This document shows, one piece after another, positions 1-9,592 of a stretch of DNA of 64,000 bases; positions within the stretch are counted from its first letter, which is position 1; every line of letters starts with the position of its first letter. The stretch is from an uncultured Planctomycetota bacterium (GTDB taxonomy: Bacteria; Planctomycetota; Planctomycetia; Isosphaerales; Isosphaeraceae). A program made the position numbers and the translations under genes. Location: contig CAWJTV010000012.1 of assembly GCA_963845755.1 (NCBI GenBank), positions 1 to 64,000 of the forward strand. The letters run 5' to 3'. Under the pieces are notes generated by a model. The model had not been told where the DNA came from and ran no database searches. It worked only from the letters and a program-made list of their open reading frames with translations.

Positions 1-362
1 GCCGGCGGCTGGCTCCCAATCTCTCACCTCGCCGACGTCCACCGCGGAGACGTGATCGCCTGGAGCCTGACGGTCAACCCCGAAAAGGACCATAATACGG
101 GGCATGTGATGATCGTCGCTGACGACCCGGTCGAAGACGGTGACGACGTTCTGTCCGTCCGCGTCTACGACTCCAGCGACGTGATTCATTTCGACGACAA
201 GAGGCCAAGGGGGCGACTTCGCCGGCCACGGGCGTCGGAATGGGCAGCGTCCGAATTCGCGTCAAAGACGGCGTGCCGATCGAGTTTCAGTTTGGGCCGG
301 CACGGACCATGTTCCACACGCACCCGATCTCGATTGGCCGGATTGAACCGCTGAGCCCATAG
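1..362 (+). CDS. 3' part of a hypothetical protein, possibly NlpC/P60- or CHAP-like; 5' truncated by the window and frameshifted
   Basis: Frame 1 reads GGWLPISHLADVHRGDVIAWSL...NTGHVMIV...VRVYDSS. The GDxIxW...GHVxIV pattern resembles papain-fold amidases. The C-terminus switches frames. Confidence 0.35.
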
Positions 363-485
363 ACAAGGGCTTTGGATGAGCGACAGAGACGAGGCGAAGC
401 CTAAGGCCGCCAGCGGCCGTTGTTGCGATGCCCGCGGGCGGATAGAATTCATTGAAAGGTCCATTGGCGTTGGAGGGCTTAGCCG

Positions 486-865
486 TGTCGGAAAAGGGCG
501 AAGTGGCGAAGAGATTGGCGCAGAAGCACTCGATATCGAGCCGGGGATCACACGAATCTTTAAACTTCGGGAAAGCCCGAGCTCGAATCACTGTCTAGCG
601 CACGATAAAACTGCTAGAAATCAACGTAGACGCTGCGCCATCGGGGATCATGCCGCTCGCACTTCGGCCCCGTGCCGGGCGGTGGTATTGCCTTTCCCAG
701 TCGGTGATCGTGGAGGTCACGCCCGACGAATTCGAGAGGATCAAGTTGCAGGAATTGAAGCTGCCTGATGGCTGGTCGATCGACGAGGAGTATCCCAAGG
801 GAGACTCGTTGCCGGACACCACCGCCCAGATCCGCTTACCCACCAGACGGTTCAACCGCGTTTGA
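486..865 (+). CDS. Small hypothetical protein with multiple frameshifts
   Basis: Pieces in different frames join into one plausible protein: ..DIEPGITRIFKLRE..IKLLEINVDAAPSGIMPL..FGPVPGGGIAFP..SVIVEVTPDEFERIKLQELKLPDGWSI. Confidence 0.45.
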
Positions 866-953
866 GTGCTGAAGGCACCACTGCCCAATGGCAAAATAGA
901 AACCCCAGTCGCATCAAAGGAATAGGCTTGGGTTCTGACCGCGGGAGACTCTC

Positions 954-1262
954 ATGACGACGATCACGATCGAAATGCCCGACGATGTTTTCGCAACGCT
1001 GCGGCGCTCTCCGGACGAATTAGCCCGCGACGTCCGCCAAGCAGTGGCGATCCAGTGGTATAGCCAGGGACTCATCTCGCAAGGCAAAGCTGCCGAGATC
1101 GCGGGGCTCGATCGGACTGAGTTTTTGTACCGCCTAGCCCATGCCAAGGTCGATGCCTTCCAGATCAATGCCGAGGAACTCGCGGAGGAGGTTGAGCGTG
1201 ATCTTCAGGCGCGTCGTGAACGCCTCGCCACTCATCTTCCTGACGCGGTTGGGACTTCTTGA
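954..1262 (+). CDS. UPF0175 family protein (putative antitoxin)
   Basis: MTTITIEMPDDVF...AIQWYSQGLISQGKAAEIAGLDRTEFL matches the UPF0175 ISxGKAAELAG motif. GGAG RBS upstream. Overlaps the downstream PIN gene. Confidence 0.85.
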   Translation: MTTITIEMPDDVFATLRRSPDELARDVRQAVAIQWYSQGLISQGKAAEIAGLDRTEFLYRLAHAKVDAFQINAEELAEEVERDLQARRERLATHLPDAVGTS

Positions 1263-1683
1263 TGCGCTCAACGAGCCCGGCGTTCCGGTAATCGTTCCCG
1301 ACACGGTGCTTCTTGAGCTGGGAGGACTTGGTCCCAACGACCCGGCCGTGCTGGCCGTTCGCCAGTCCACCTGGTTGCATGTCGTTCCAACCCCGCCGGT
1401 CCCGGCGCCGGTTCAAGCCTGGAACCTTGACGCAGGCGAAACGGCTGTCCTGGCCCTCGCGCTTGAACAGCCCGATTCCCAGGCGATTCTCGACGACCTC
1501 GCTGCCCGGCGGTGTGCAATGGCGCTGAATGTCCCGCTCCAGGGAACGCTGGGGATGATCCTCGTGGCCAAGCAATTGGGAATGATCTCGGCGGTCCGCC
1601 CAATACTCGACATCCTGCGACAGTCCGGAATGTATGTATCCGATCGGCTGGCCCGGCAGGTTCTCGACCAGGCGGGAGAGTGA
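1198..1683 (+). CDS. DUF3368 PIN-like domain protein (putative toxin)
   Basis: VVNASPLIFL...LDAGETAVLALA...ILDDLAARRCA...GTLGMILVAKQLG. GTG start 8 nt after GGAGGA. Confidence 0.85.
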   Translation: MIFRRVVNASPLIFLTRLGLLDALNEPGVPVIVPDTVLLELGGLGPNDPAVLAVRQSTWLHVVPTPPVPAPVQAWNLDAGETAVLALALEQPDSQAILDDLAARRCAMALNVPLQGTLGMILVAKQLGMISAVRPILDILRQSGMYVSDRLARQVLDQAGE

Positions 1684-1739
1684 GTTAATGTGGTCGCGGT
1701 GCAGAACAGGCACGAAGTCATACCACCTCGAGGTGATCA

Positions 1740-2309
1740 TCACCGCGAGGATAGTTGCTTGAACCACCACGCCGACTCCGGCATAGTCGCCGTCGGGGTG
1801 AACCTCGCGAGCCGTTGGATGTCGCCCAGGACACGAACGAGCAATGCGCTGTCCGGCCGGGTCGCGTCGGCCCACGTCTTGATCAGCTCGGGACAAGAGA
1901 GCACGGTCAAGCCCGCCTGTTGGGCGACCCGGATGGCCTTGCGGTCATCGGTTGCGATTAGCCACCCGCGAGACTCAGCCAGAGCTACGCACATCGCCTC
2001 GCCGTCGGACCGAAATAGCTCGGCATAACGGACGAACAGCGTATTTTCGTCAGACGTGTCGGGCTGGCAGAGGCTCAGTACGCCTGAATCGATGTGCGGG
2101 GTAAGGTCGACCGCGACATTCAAGAATGCCCCCGGCTGGGCCGAATCTTCCTGTCGTACGAATTGAACTTCGGCGCGCACGGCTTCGGGCAGGTACCAGA
2201 CATGGCCAGAAGCCCCCAAGATCGCTTCCATTTCTCCCGAAGCGAGGAGATCAATCAGGCAGCAAGCGTCAATGAGTATTCGCTGGATTGGACGAGTTTG
2301 TGAAATCAC
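1740..2309 (-). CDS. PIN-domain protein associated with the XRE-IrrE gene
   Basis: ILIDACCLIDL...GEAMCVALAESRGWLIATDDRKAIR shows the PIN acidic residues. Start uncertain (GTG 2309 or ATG 2345). Confidence 0.75.
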   Translation of the reverse strand: MISQTRPIQRILIDACCLIDLLASGEMEAILGASGHVWYLPEAVRAEVQFVRQEDSAQPGAFLNVAVDLTPHIDSGVLSLCQPDTSDENTLFVRYAELFRSDGEAMCVALAESRGWLIATDDRKAIRVAQQAGLTVLSCPELIKTWADATRPDSALLVRVLGDIQRLARFTPTATMPESAWWFKQLSSR

Positions 2310-2362
2310 ACGGGGACGATTCGTTTTTCGATTACGCAAACCCATGGAGAAGGCTCCTCGTT

Positions 2363-2566
2363 GGCGCGGGTCTCACGACCCCGCCGGAGCGCCTGACCGA
2401 AGGTCTCCCGCGCCATCGTGGGCTCTGGCGTCGAGGACGTTGGTGCTTTCAGAGCACTCCTCCAAGGAAGGAGACCTACGGTCGGGCACTCGGGCGGGGT
2501 CAGGAGACCCGCGCCGAGCAAATGCGGCACTCGGGCGGGGTCAGGAGACCCGCGCCCAGCAAATGC
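2363..2566. repeat. REP/MITE-like long hairpin with a 41-bp tandem duplication
   Basis: Arm 2363-2407 (GGCGCGGGTCTCACGACCCCGCC...GGTCTCC) is an imperfect inverse of 2470-2515 (GGAGACC...GGCGGGGTCAGGAGACCCGCGCC). 2485-2525 is repeated at 2526-2566 with one mismatch. Confidence 0.85.
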
Positions 2567-2599
2567 ACGGTTGAAAGCTGCTTATGCAAAGGTGGCTCG

Positions 2600-3832
2600 T
2601 TAGCGGCTAACCTGCTCTCTTAGCAGGGACTTCGGAAAATCCATTCTCACGCGCTCTTCCCCCGAAGGATCCACCTCTTCGCTGGTCAAGGTCTGGTCCA
2701 CGGTCTCGCGCCGTGGCCACATCGCATCGAAGGTAGTGAGCAAGGTCGCTGTCGCCCAGCTCCCCTCGTTCGTAGGCATGGACGGCGAGGTATTTGTATC
2801 GTTCGGGCACGGTGCTACTGTCGATCGGGTGTGAGGGAAGGCCCAGCATTGCTTCCGCTTTGCGCGGGCGAACTTCGATTCCTTGAGAAGATCCCAGGTC
2901 CCCTTGGGAATCAGGCCCAAGTGCTCGACCCGTAAGGTCATTGCCTCCAGCGAGACGAAGTAGAAGTGCTTCAATCGGCAGATGTCAGCCACTTGAAAGT
3001 CGCCCGTCGTGGCCACAATCTCGTGGAATTTCTGCCTGACCGACGTGGCAGGCATCAAGAAGCTCAGGGCGAATGCCTCGGCAAACCGCTCGTTCGCGGG
3101 CCGGCGACCCGGCATCGCCAGGTAGTCAATCCCCGGCTTGTAGCGATCCGTGCTCAAGAGAAAATGACCATATTCATGGAGCATCGAGACCCGGCATCGC
3201 TCGGGGGGATGGTTGCCATTGATCAGAATGCACGCTCCGAGGTCGGCCGAATAGGCGTACATGCCGGCGATGTTCGAGGGAAGTTCCTTCGTGTAAAAGA
3301 TCCGCAGGCCCATATCCCACGCGAGCACGCTTCGAAGATTCATCACCGGTTGGTCGCCGAGTCCCAGCCGGTTCCGTTCCTGGTTGGCCACGACCTCCGC
3401 TTGCTCCGCCGGGTCGATCTTCAGGTTGAGCATCACCTCGGAGTGGTAGCTGAACCGAAGCGGGGCGTTCATGATCCGCTCAAGCTCCCGGTAGTCTTCA
3501 GCGAGAGCTTGGAGCTGGTCAATTGCTGCGTTCAGCGAGGCCTGACTCTGATCCCCCAACTTCATCTTATCGACGACGGCCCGCAGATGTGGCTGAAAGT
3601 CCGTGACCGACTCGCCCGATCTGACTAGCTCGTTGACCTTGCGGCCAAAGAGCGAAGCCAATTTGACGATCTCATCGGGCTTGGCCGCTCGTTCGCCCTT
3701 CTCGATGGCAATGTAGGTGGGACGGCTATATTCAAGAAACGCGGCGACCTCTTCCTGCGTCTTGCCACGGGCCTTACGTGCCTCGCTGATGCGCTGGCCG
3801 AGCACGCGATGGTCAATGTTAATGGGAAGCAT
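2600..3832 (-). CDS. XRE-family HTH fused to ImmA/IrrE (M78) Zn metallopeptidase; two compensating frameshifts near the 3' end
   Basis: N-terminal HTH LGQRISEARKARGKTQEEVA...YIAIEKGER. HEYGH zincin motif followed by ERFAEAFALSFLMP. The real C-terminal segment lies partly in ORF 2607-2849. Confidence 0.9.
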   Translation of the reverse strand: MLPINIDHRVLGQRISEARKARGKTQEEVAAFLEYSRPTYIAIEKGERAAKPDEIVKLASLFGRKVNELVRSGESVTDFQPHLRAVVDKMKLGDQSQASLNAAIDQLQALAEDYRELERIMNAPLRFSYHSEVMLNLKIDPAEQAEVVANQERNRLGLGDQPVMNLRSVLAWDMGLRIFYTKELPSNIAGMYAYSADLGACILINGNHPPERCRVSMLHEYGHFLLSTDRYKPGIDYLAMPGRRPANERFAEAFALSFLMPATSVRQKFHEIVATTGDFQVADICRLKHFYFVSLEAMTLRVEHLGLIPKGTWDLLKESKFARAKRKQCWAFPHTRSTVAPCPNDTNTSPSMPTNEGSWATATLLTTFDAMWPRRETVDQTLTSEEVDPSGEERVRMDFPKSLLREQVSR

Positions 3833-4248
3833 GTATCGCTCCTGACTCGACAGAGAATCGAGCCGGGGTCAAAAACCTCGCCCGCCTCGATCGCACGTCA
3901 CTTGGTACGGATGCAAACCTCCGTGAGTCCTTCAATCAAAATGATCGGTCGCCGGTTTTACAAAGTCAACAGCGATTTCATTTCACGTACACAGATTGTA
4001 AAGCGACAGAATCGACTAATTCATGAAAAGCAGGTACGAAAGTTCGTCCCCAGCGTGCTGCCCGTTCACGACGAATCACGCCCTCAACGCTTTCGCTCAG
4101 TGTTGGCATGATCGCCGTCGCCGTCGCGGCGTGAGCAATTCACGAGTGAACCGCTCTGCGACCTTGCGAACAGCGGCGGCCCTGGAGACGATGGTGCTTT
4201 GGGATTCATCGCTTGTGTCGTTAACCGATTTTTTCACTCCGTCGACCC

Positions 4249-7200
4249 ATGACCCCCAGCACTGAAGGCCACGCGATCGCCATCGCACGCATCGCGGACG
4301 AGAAGAAAAACCGCACCGGCTTCCTCGACCTCAGCCGACTCGGGCTGACGGAAGTGCCGGAGGAGCTGTTCGAGCTGGAGCACCTTCGGGGCCTGAACTG
4401 GGGGTCATCATGGTTTGATGAGCAAGGGAAACCGCATGAAGCGACATCGAATCTGGCCCGCGAATTCGCACGCGGGTCTGCTGCTCGCGCTTCATCGATT
4501 TCCGGGCCTAACGCTCCTGTCGGTCTCCCAAACGGACGTCCGCGACCTGACTCCGCTGGCTGCACTCCTATCTCTCCAGTCGCTCGACTGCTCTTCGACA
4601 CAGGTCAGCGACCTGGCTCCCCTGGCTGCTCTCCTATCTCTCCAGTCGCTCTACTGCTCTTCGACACAGGTCAGCGACCTGGCTCCCCTGGCTGCTCTCC
4701 AATCTCTCCAGTCACTCTCCTGCTCCTACACCAAGGTCAGCGACCTGGCTCCCCTGGCTGCTCTCCAATCTCTCCAGGCGCTCTACTGCTCTTCGACGCA
4801 GGTCAGCGACCTGGCTCCCCTGGCTGCTCTCCAATCTCTCCAGTCGCTCGACTGCTCTTCGACACAGGTCAGCGACCTGGCTCCCCTGGCTGCTCTCCAA
4901 TCCCTCCGGTCGCTCTACTGCTATTCGACACAGGTCAGCGACCTGGCTCCCCTGGCTGCTCTCCAATCTCTCCAGTCACTCTCCTGCTCTTCGACACAGG
5001 TCAGCGACCTGGCTCCCCTGGCTGCTCTCCAATCTCTCCAGTCACTCTCCTGCTCTTCGACACAGGTCAGCGACCTGACACCGCTGGCTGCTCTCCAATC
5101 TCTCCAGGCGCTCTACTGCTCTTCGACACAGGTCAGCGACCTGGCTCCGCTGGCTGCTATTCAATCCATCCAGTCGCTTGACTGCCGGGGGACCCGCGTC
5201 AGCGACCTGGCCTCGCTGGCTGCTCTCCAATCTCTCCAGTGGCTCGACTGCTCCTACACTAAGGTCAGCGACCTGGCTCCGCTGGCTGCTCTCCAATCTC
5301 TCCAGTGGCTCGACTGCCAGGGGACACCGGTCAGCGACCTGGCTCCGCTGGGTCGTCTCCGATCTCTCCAGTCGCTCGACTGCTTCTACACCAAGGTCAG
5401 CGACCTGGCTCCGCTGGTTGCTCTTCAATTTCTCCAGTCCCTCAACTGCTCTTGGACACAGGTCCGCGACCTGCCCGACGCGCTGGTCTGGCGGCAATCC
5501 CTTCGATGGCTCTCTCTCTACAGAACGCGAATCACCGAAATCCCCGCGGAGGTTTTGTCGTCGGGCCCCCACACGAACTGCCTGGAAAATCTCCGAGCGC
5601 ACATGCGCGATCTGGAGGAGGGAGAAGAGCGTCTACCGGACGTCAAGGTACTGGTTCTGGGGAACGGGCGGATCGGCAAGACGCAGATCTGCCGGCGGCT
5701 CCGGGGTGAGGACTTCCGGCCGGATGCCGACAGCACGCACGGCATCACTGTGAAAGCCGCCCCGCTGACTATGCCGCACGAGGACGGTGAACAGGCACGC
5801 CTCCATCTCTGGGACTTCGGCGGCCAGGATCTCTACCACGGCACCCACGCCCTCTTCATGCGCACCCGGTCCGTCTTCCTCCTCGTCTGGACTCACCAGT
5901 CGGAGAACACGCGCGAGCACACGTATCGCGGCATGACGTTCCGCAATCACCGGCTCGCCTACTGGCTGGAATACGTCCGACATCTGAGCGGCCTGGAAAG
6001 CCCGGTGATCATCGTGCAGAACATGTGCGACCAGCCCACCGACGAGGCGCGATACTCGCCAGTCGAGGATAAAGCCCTCAGCGACTTTCGCTTTCACAAG
6101 GAGCTGCACTACAGCGCCCTCAACAACCGGGGCTTCCCGACTCTCGCCGACGCGCTCCAGCAAGCATCCTGTGGCAGTGGGAAACGATCGGTCGGGCCAA
6201 GATCGGCAAGGGCCGTCTGGCGGTCAAGCGGAAGCTGGAGTCGTTGCGGGATGAGGACGCGTCCTTACCCGCCGACGAACGGAAATACCGCACGTTAACG
6301 CAGGAGTTCTTCGAGCAACTCTGCACCGAAACCGGCGGTGTGAGCAATCCGGCTCTGCTGCTCGATTATCTTCATCATGTAGGGATCGTGTTCTACCAGA
6401 AGGGGCTGTTCGACGACCGCATCGTCCTCGATCAGGAGTGGGCGCTGCAAGCGGTTTATGCCGTCTTTCAGCGCGAGAAGTGCTATCGCCAGCTTCGCGA
6501 TGCCCACGGTCGTTTTACACGCTCGCTGCTCGATGCGCTGGTCTGGAGCGAATATCGCGTCGACGAGCAGAGGCTCTTTCTCAGCATGATGCAGTCGTGT
6601 GGCGTTTGCTTCGTCCACCGGCCGGAGGATCCGAAACGCGCGATCGAGACGGAGTACATCGCCCCCGATTTGCTGCCTGGCCGCGACGACGTGGCGATGG
6701 ATATCGAAGCGATGTGGAGGGACGAAGCACCGCGCGGGGAACTGGTCGTCGAGCTCCCCTTCCTACACCCCGGCGTATTCGCGGGATCATCAGCCGGATC
6801 GGGAAGGAAGCAGGTATCAGCGCCCTGTACTGGAAATACGGCGTGTGTTTGTACGAAGGGACCACTCACAGCCGCGCACGCATCGAGCAGCGGTCGAGCG
6901 AGACTCCCACCACCTGGAACGGCCAGATCCTCGTCAGCACGCGAGGCGGCCAGGCGACGGAACTGCTGGAACGACTCAAAGAGTGGATCGGGGAAGAGCT
7001 GACGCGATCCGGATGCCAGGACGCTGAAACTCAGGGAGCCAACCGCCGATAAACCCCGATCGGCTCGCACGACGAAAGCCAGTGCACACCGCACCGTGAA
7101 AACCGAGCCGGAGGACAAAGCACCGCCGCACCGTTAAACTTCAGAGCGCCGCCTTCCGAGCGCGATCTCCTATTGCGTCTCCTACGCCTGGAACGATGAG

Positions 7201-7715
7201 AGCAAGGCCCTGGTCGATCGCCTGTGCGAGCAGGCGGAGACAGCCACGGCATTACGATCCTGCGTGACATCAACGGGCTATGGCTCGGAGCGAGCATCAC
7301 CCGCTATCATGCAGGGGCTCGCAAAAGGAGATCGCGTGTTCGTGGTCCTGAGTGACAAGTACCTCAAGTCGCCCAACTGTATGTACGAGTTGATGGAAGT
7401 CTGGCGAAACTGCAAGCTGGAACCCGAGGCGCTGCGCAAGAGCGCATCCGGGTCTATCGGACGACGGATGCCGCCATGTACGACCCATCGAGCGGATTGG
7501 ATATGCGAAATACTGGAGGGATCAGTTCCGCGAGCTGGACGCCGTTGTGCGTGAGGACCCGAGCCTACTGGGCAAGGCCGACTTCGAGCGCTACCGATTG
7601 ATGCAGGAATTCCGCCCACCAGGTGGGAGACATCCTGGCCCTGATCGCCGACACGCTCATGCCGAAAGATCTCGACGAGCTGGACAACTATGGCTTCGAT
7701 GACGGGTCAGAGTGA
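4249..7715 (+). CDS. Roco protein LRR-Roc(GTPase)-COR-TIR, frameshifted in this sequence
   Basis: N-cap FLDLSRLGLTEVPEELFEL, about 15 LRRs, Roc motifs GNGRIGKT/STHG/WDFGGQ, COR LLDYLHHVGIVFY...IVLDQEW, TIR YCVSYAW...DRVFVVLSDKYLKSPNCMYELMEV, stop TGA 7713-7715. Several frame switches join ORFs 4249, 4415, 6244, 6438 and 7264. Confidence 0.85.
4508..5500 (+). repeat. 66-bp tandem repeat encoding 22-aa LRR units
   Basis: Near-identical units CTCCAGTCGCTC...CAGGTCAGCGACCTGGCTCCCCTGGCTGCTCTCCAATCT, consensus LQSLxCxxTQVSDLAPLAALQS. Confidence 0.95.
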
Positions 7716-7760
7716 GGGGGTTTCGTCATTACTGGCTCCCTCTCCTTGGGGCATTGGTCT

Positions 7761-9085
7761 CTACAAGGGAATGCACACTCTTTTTACAGTAGCAAAGAGG
7801 GGCAAGTAATTCTCCAGCATGGCGTTGAGTTGGTCGGCGCCGTAGCGCGCGAGTCGGTCCACCGCGGCTTGCAACACCCACAGCCCGGCCAACAGGCCGC
7901 TGGTCGTGATCGCTCGGTGCCGCTTGGTCTGCCGACCGCTCAGTTGCATCAGCAATCGCTGGAATTCCTCCGACTCGGCGTCGTGCCGGCGCTCCAGTGC
8001 CCAGATCGAGGCGCCCGCCCCGAAGGCGATCAGCAGCTTGATCAGGAGCCGATGGCCGTCACGCTGCAGCCAGCCCTCCAACTGCCAGCCAGCACTCTTG
8101 AGCAGCTTGTGCATGCTCTCGATCCGCCAGCGGAAGTAGTACCACCGCGCGATCGTCGCCGCGTCGGCCAGGCCGCCGGCACGTTGGTCAGCAACAGCCA
8201 GCGTGCCAAGACACGTCCTTTCAGGTCGCGGACCTCGGTGACGACCAGCCGCAACGGCAACGGCGGCCCGGGGACCTCGACCTTCTTCTTGCCCAGGTTC
8301 CGTCGGCCGGGCCGGTGCAGGACGACCTCGGCCTCGGCGACGTACAGCCGCGCCACCCGGCCGTGATACCGCGCCGCCCCGGCATCCTGGAAGGCGTCTT
8401 CTTGGCGGAATCCGTCGGCGATTGCGACCAACGAGGTCTCTTTCCCCTGGCAGAGGACCTTGCGGTCATCGCCGCGGACCAAGGCCAGGTGGCCGTCGGC
8501 AGCCCACTGCCGCCAATGGTTGACCGAATCGGCCTCGCGGTCGATCACGTGGACCAGGGTCGTGCCCAAGCCCAGATCGTGGACATATTGCATGTCGCCG
8601 CGGACCTGATCGATGTGGCAGATGTCGGCAACCGGGTCGCCGTCGCGGGTGCTGAGCACACCATCGGCCGTGGTCAACGAGACCAGGGCCGGGGCGATCG
8701 GGGCGCCGTCGTCGCCGCGCACGATCAGGACGGAGGCGAGGTCGTAGCCGACGTCATCGGCATGGGTCAGCGTGGCACGGTCGGTCTTGGAGGGATGGTC
8801 GGCGAAGCTGAGCGTCGACCAGTCGTGGATGGCCAGCAGGACGCCGGGGCGGTCGGCCACCTCTTGGCGGATCGTCTGATGCATCGGCTCAATCAAAGCC
8901 GACTCCACGACCAGTGGGTGGATGCAGAACCGCCACAACTTTTGGGCAAAGGAGGCCGGCTTGAGCCCCGCGACCGTGGCCCCCGGGCCCGGCGCGGTGC
9001 TGGAGCCGGTCTTCCCGAACCCCTTGACGAGTATGGCGTAAGCGTTTTGGAGGTCAATCCCTAGCCGAGTTGGTAAATATTTCAT
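7761..9085 (-). CDS. IS4-family DDE transposase (frameshift near 8170)
   Basis: LAIHDWSTLSF, VHVIDREAD, WLLLTNV, then in the second frame W-Y-Y-F-R-W-R-I-E (YREK-like) followed by HKLLKSAGWQLE. The stop codon lies inside the left IR. Confidence 0.85.
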
Positions 9086-9092
9086 ACCAGCC

Positions 9093-9101
9093 ATTATAAC
9101 A
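9093..9101 (-). promoter_or_regulatory. Extended -10 promoter (TGtTATAAT) of the IS4 transposase
   Basis: Minus strand reads TGTTATAAT, then 7 nt, then the ATG at 9085. No SD sequence. Confidence 0.5.
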
Positions 9102-9275
9102 CAAAAACAATCTCTTGTAGAGACCAATGCCCTCGGGAGAGGGCTGGGGTGAGGGGGCGGGATGCGGCAACACCGTCGCGCAAATCGAATGACTCGCCGC
9201 GAGATATCATGGCGGGCACGAGAGCCTTCGCCGCCAAATACGAGCGGGTATTGAGGAGGCTTACGGTGGCACCGT

Positions 9276-9315
9276 CCCCTCACCCCAGCCCTCTCCCTCG
9301 GGAGAGGGAGCCAGT
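9276..9315. repeat. REP-like palindrome (intact copy); an inverted copy is split by the IS4
   Basis: CCCCTCACCCCAGCCCTCTCCCTCGGGAGAGGGAGCCAGT. Its reverse complement matches 7731-7751 joined to 9130-9156. Confidence 0.85.
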
Positions 9316-9449
9316 TTTTCTACGCATCGACGGCCCCTGTTCTGAGGCGGGGACTCTGGCCTCCCTGGCCGTCATCAGAAAAACCGCTCCCTGTGAGCCT
9401 CTAACACCCCTTCGCAAGGCGGGGAAATATTTCGCGCCATTGAGGTTTG

Positions 9450-9463
9450 TGTAGAGACCAATG
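9450..9463. mobile_element. Orphan IS4-type terminal inverted repeat
   Basis: TGTAGAGACCAATG is identical to the outer 14 bp of the IS end at 9116-9129 and is again followed by a CCCC..GGGG hairpin. Confidence 0.7.
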
Positions 9464-9592
9464 CCCCGCACAGCGGGGCAAGGCGTCCTTTTGTAATCGT
9501 TTCTAACACGTCCGCGCCGTCCGGCGCTCTGATCACGAAGATTGGCACCGTGTTTCGCTCTGCCCTATCAATCGCCTCGATTCCGGGCTTTA

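Larger units (their letters stand above)
7752..9129 (-). mobile_element. IS4-family insertion sequence
   Basis: Perfect terminal IR CATTGGTCTCTACAAG (7752-7767) / CTTGTAGAGACCAATG (9114-9129), extendable to 19 bp with the flanking GGG/CCC. Encloses a DDE transposase. Confidence 0.9.

Noticed and set aside
4470..5181. Repetitive GQRPGSPGCSPISP protein in ORF 4249-5181
   Set aside because: Shadow frame of the LRR array after an indel; only the first ~70 codons are real.
4530..5470. Regular repeats that superficially resemble a CRISPR array
   Set aside because: Contiguous 66-bp in-frame coding units with no unique spacers and no cas genes; they encode LRRs.
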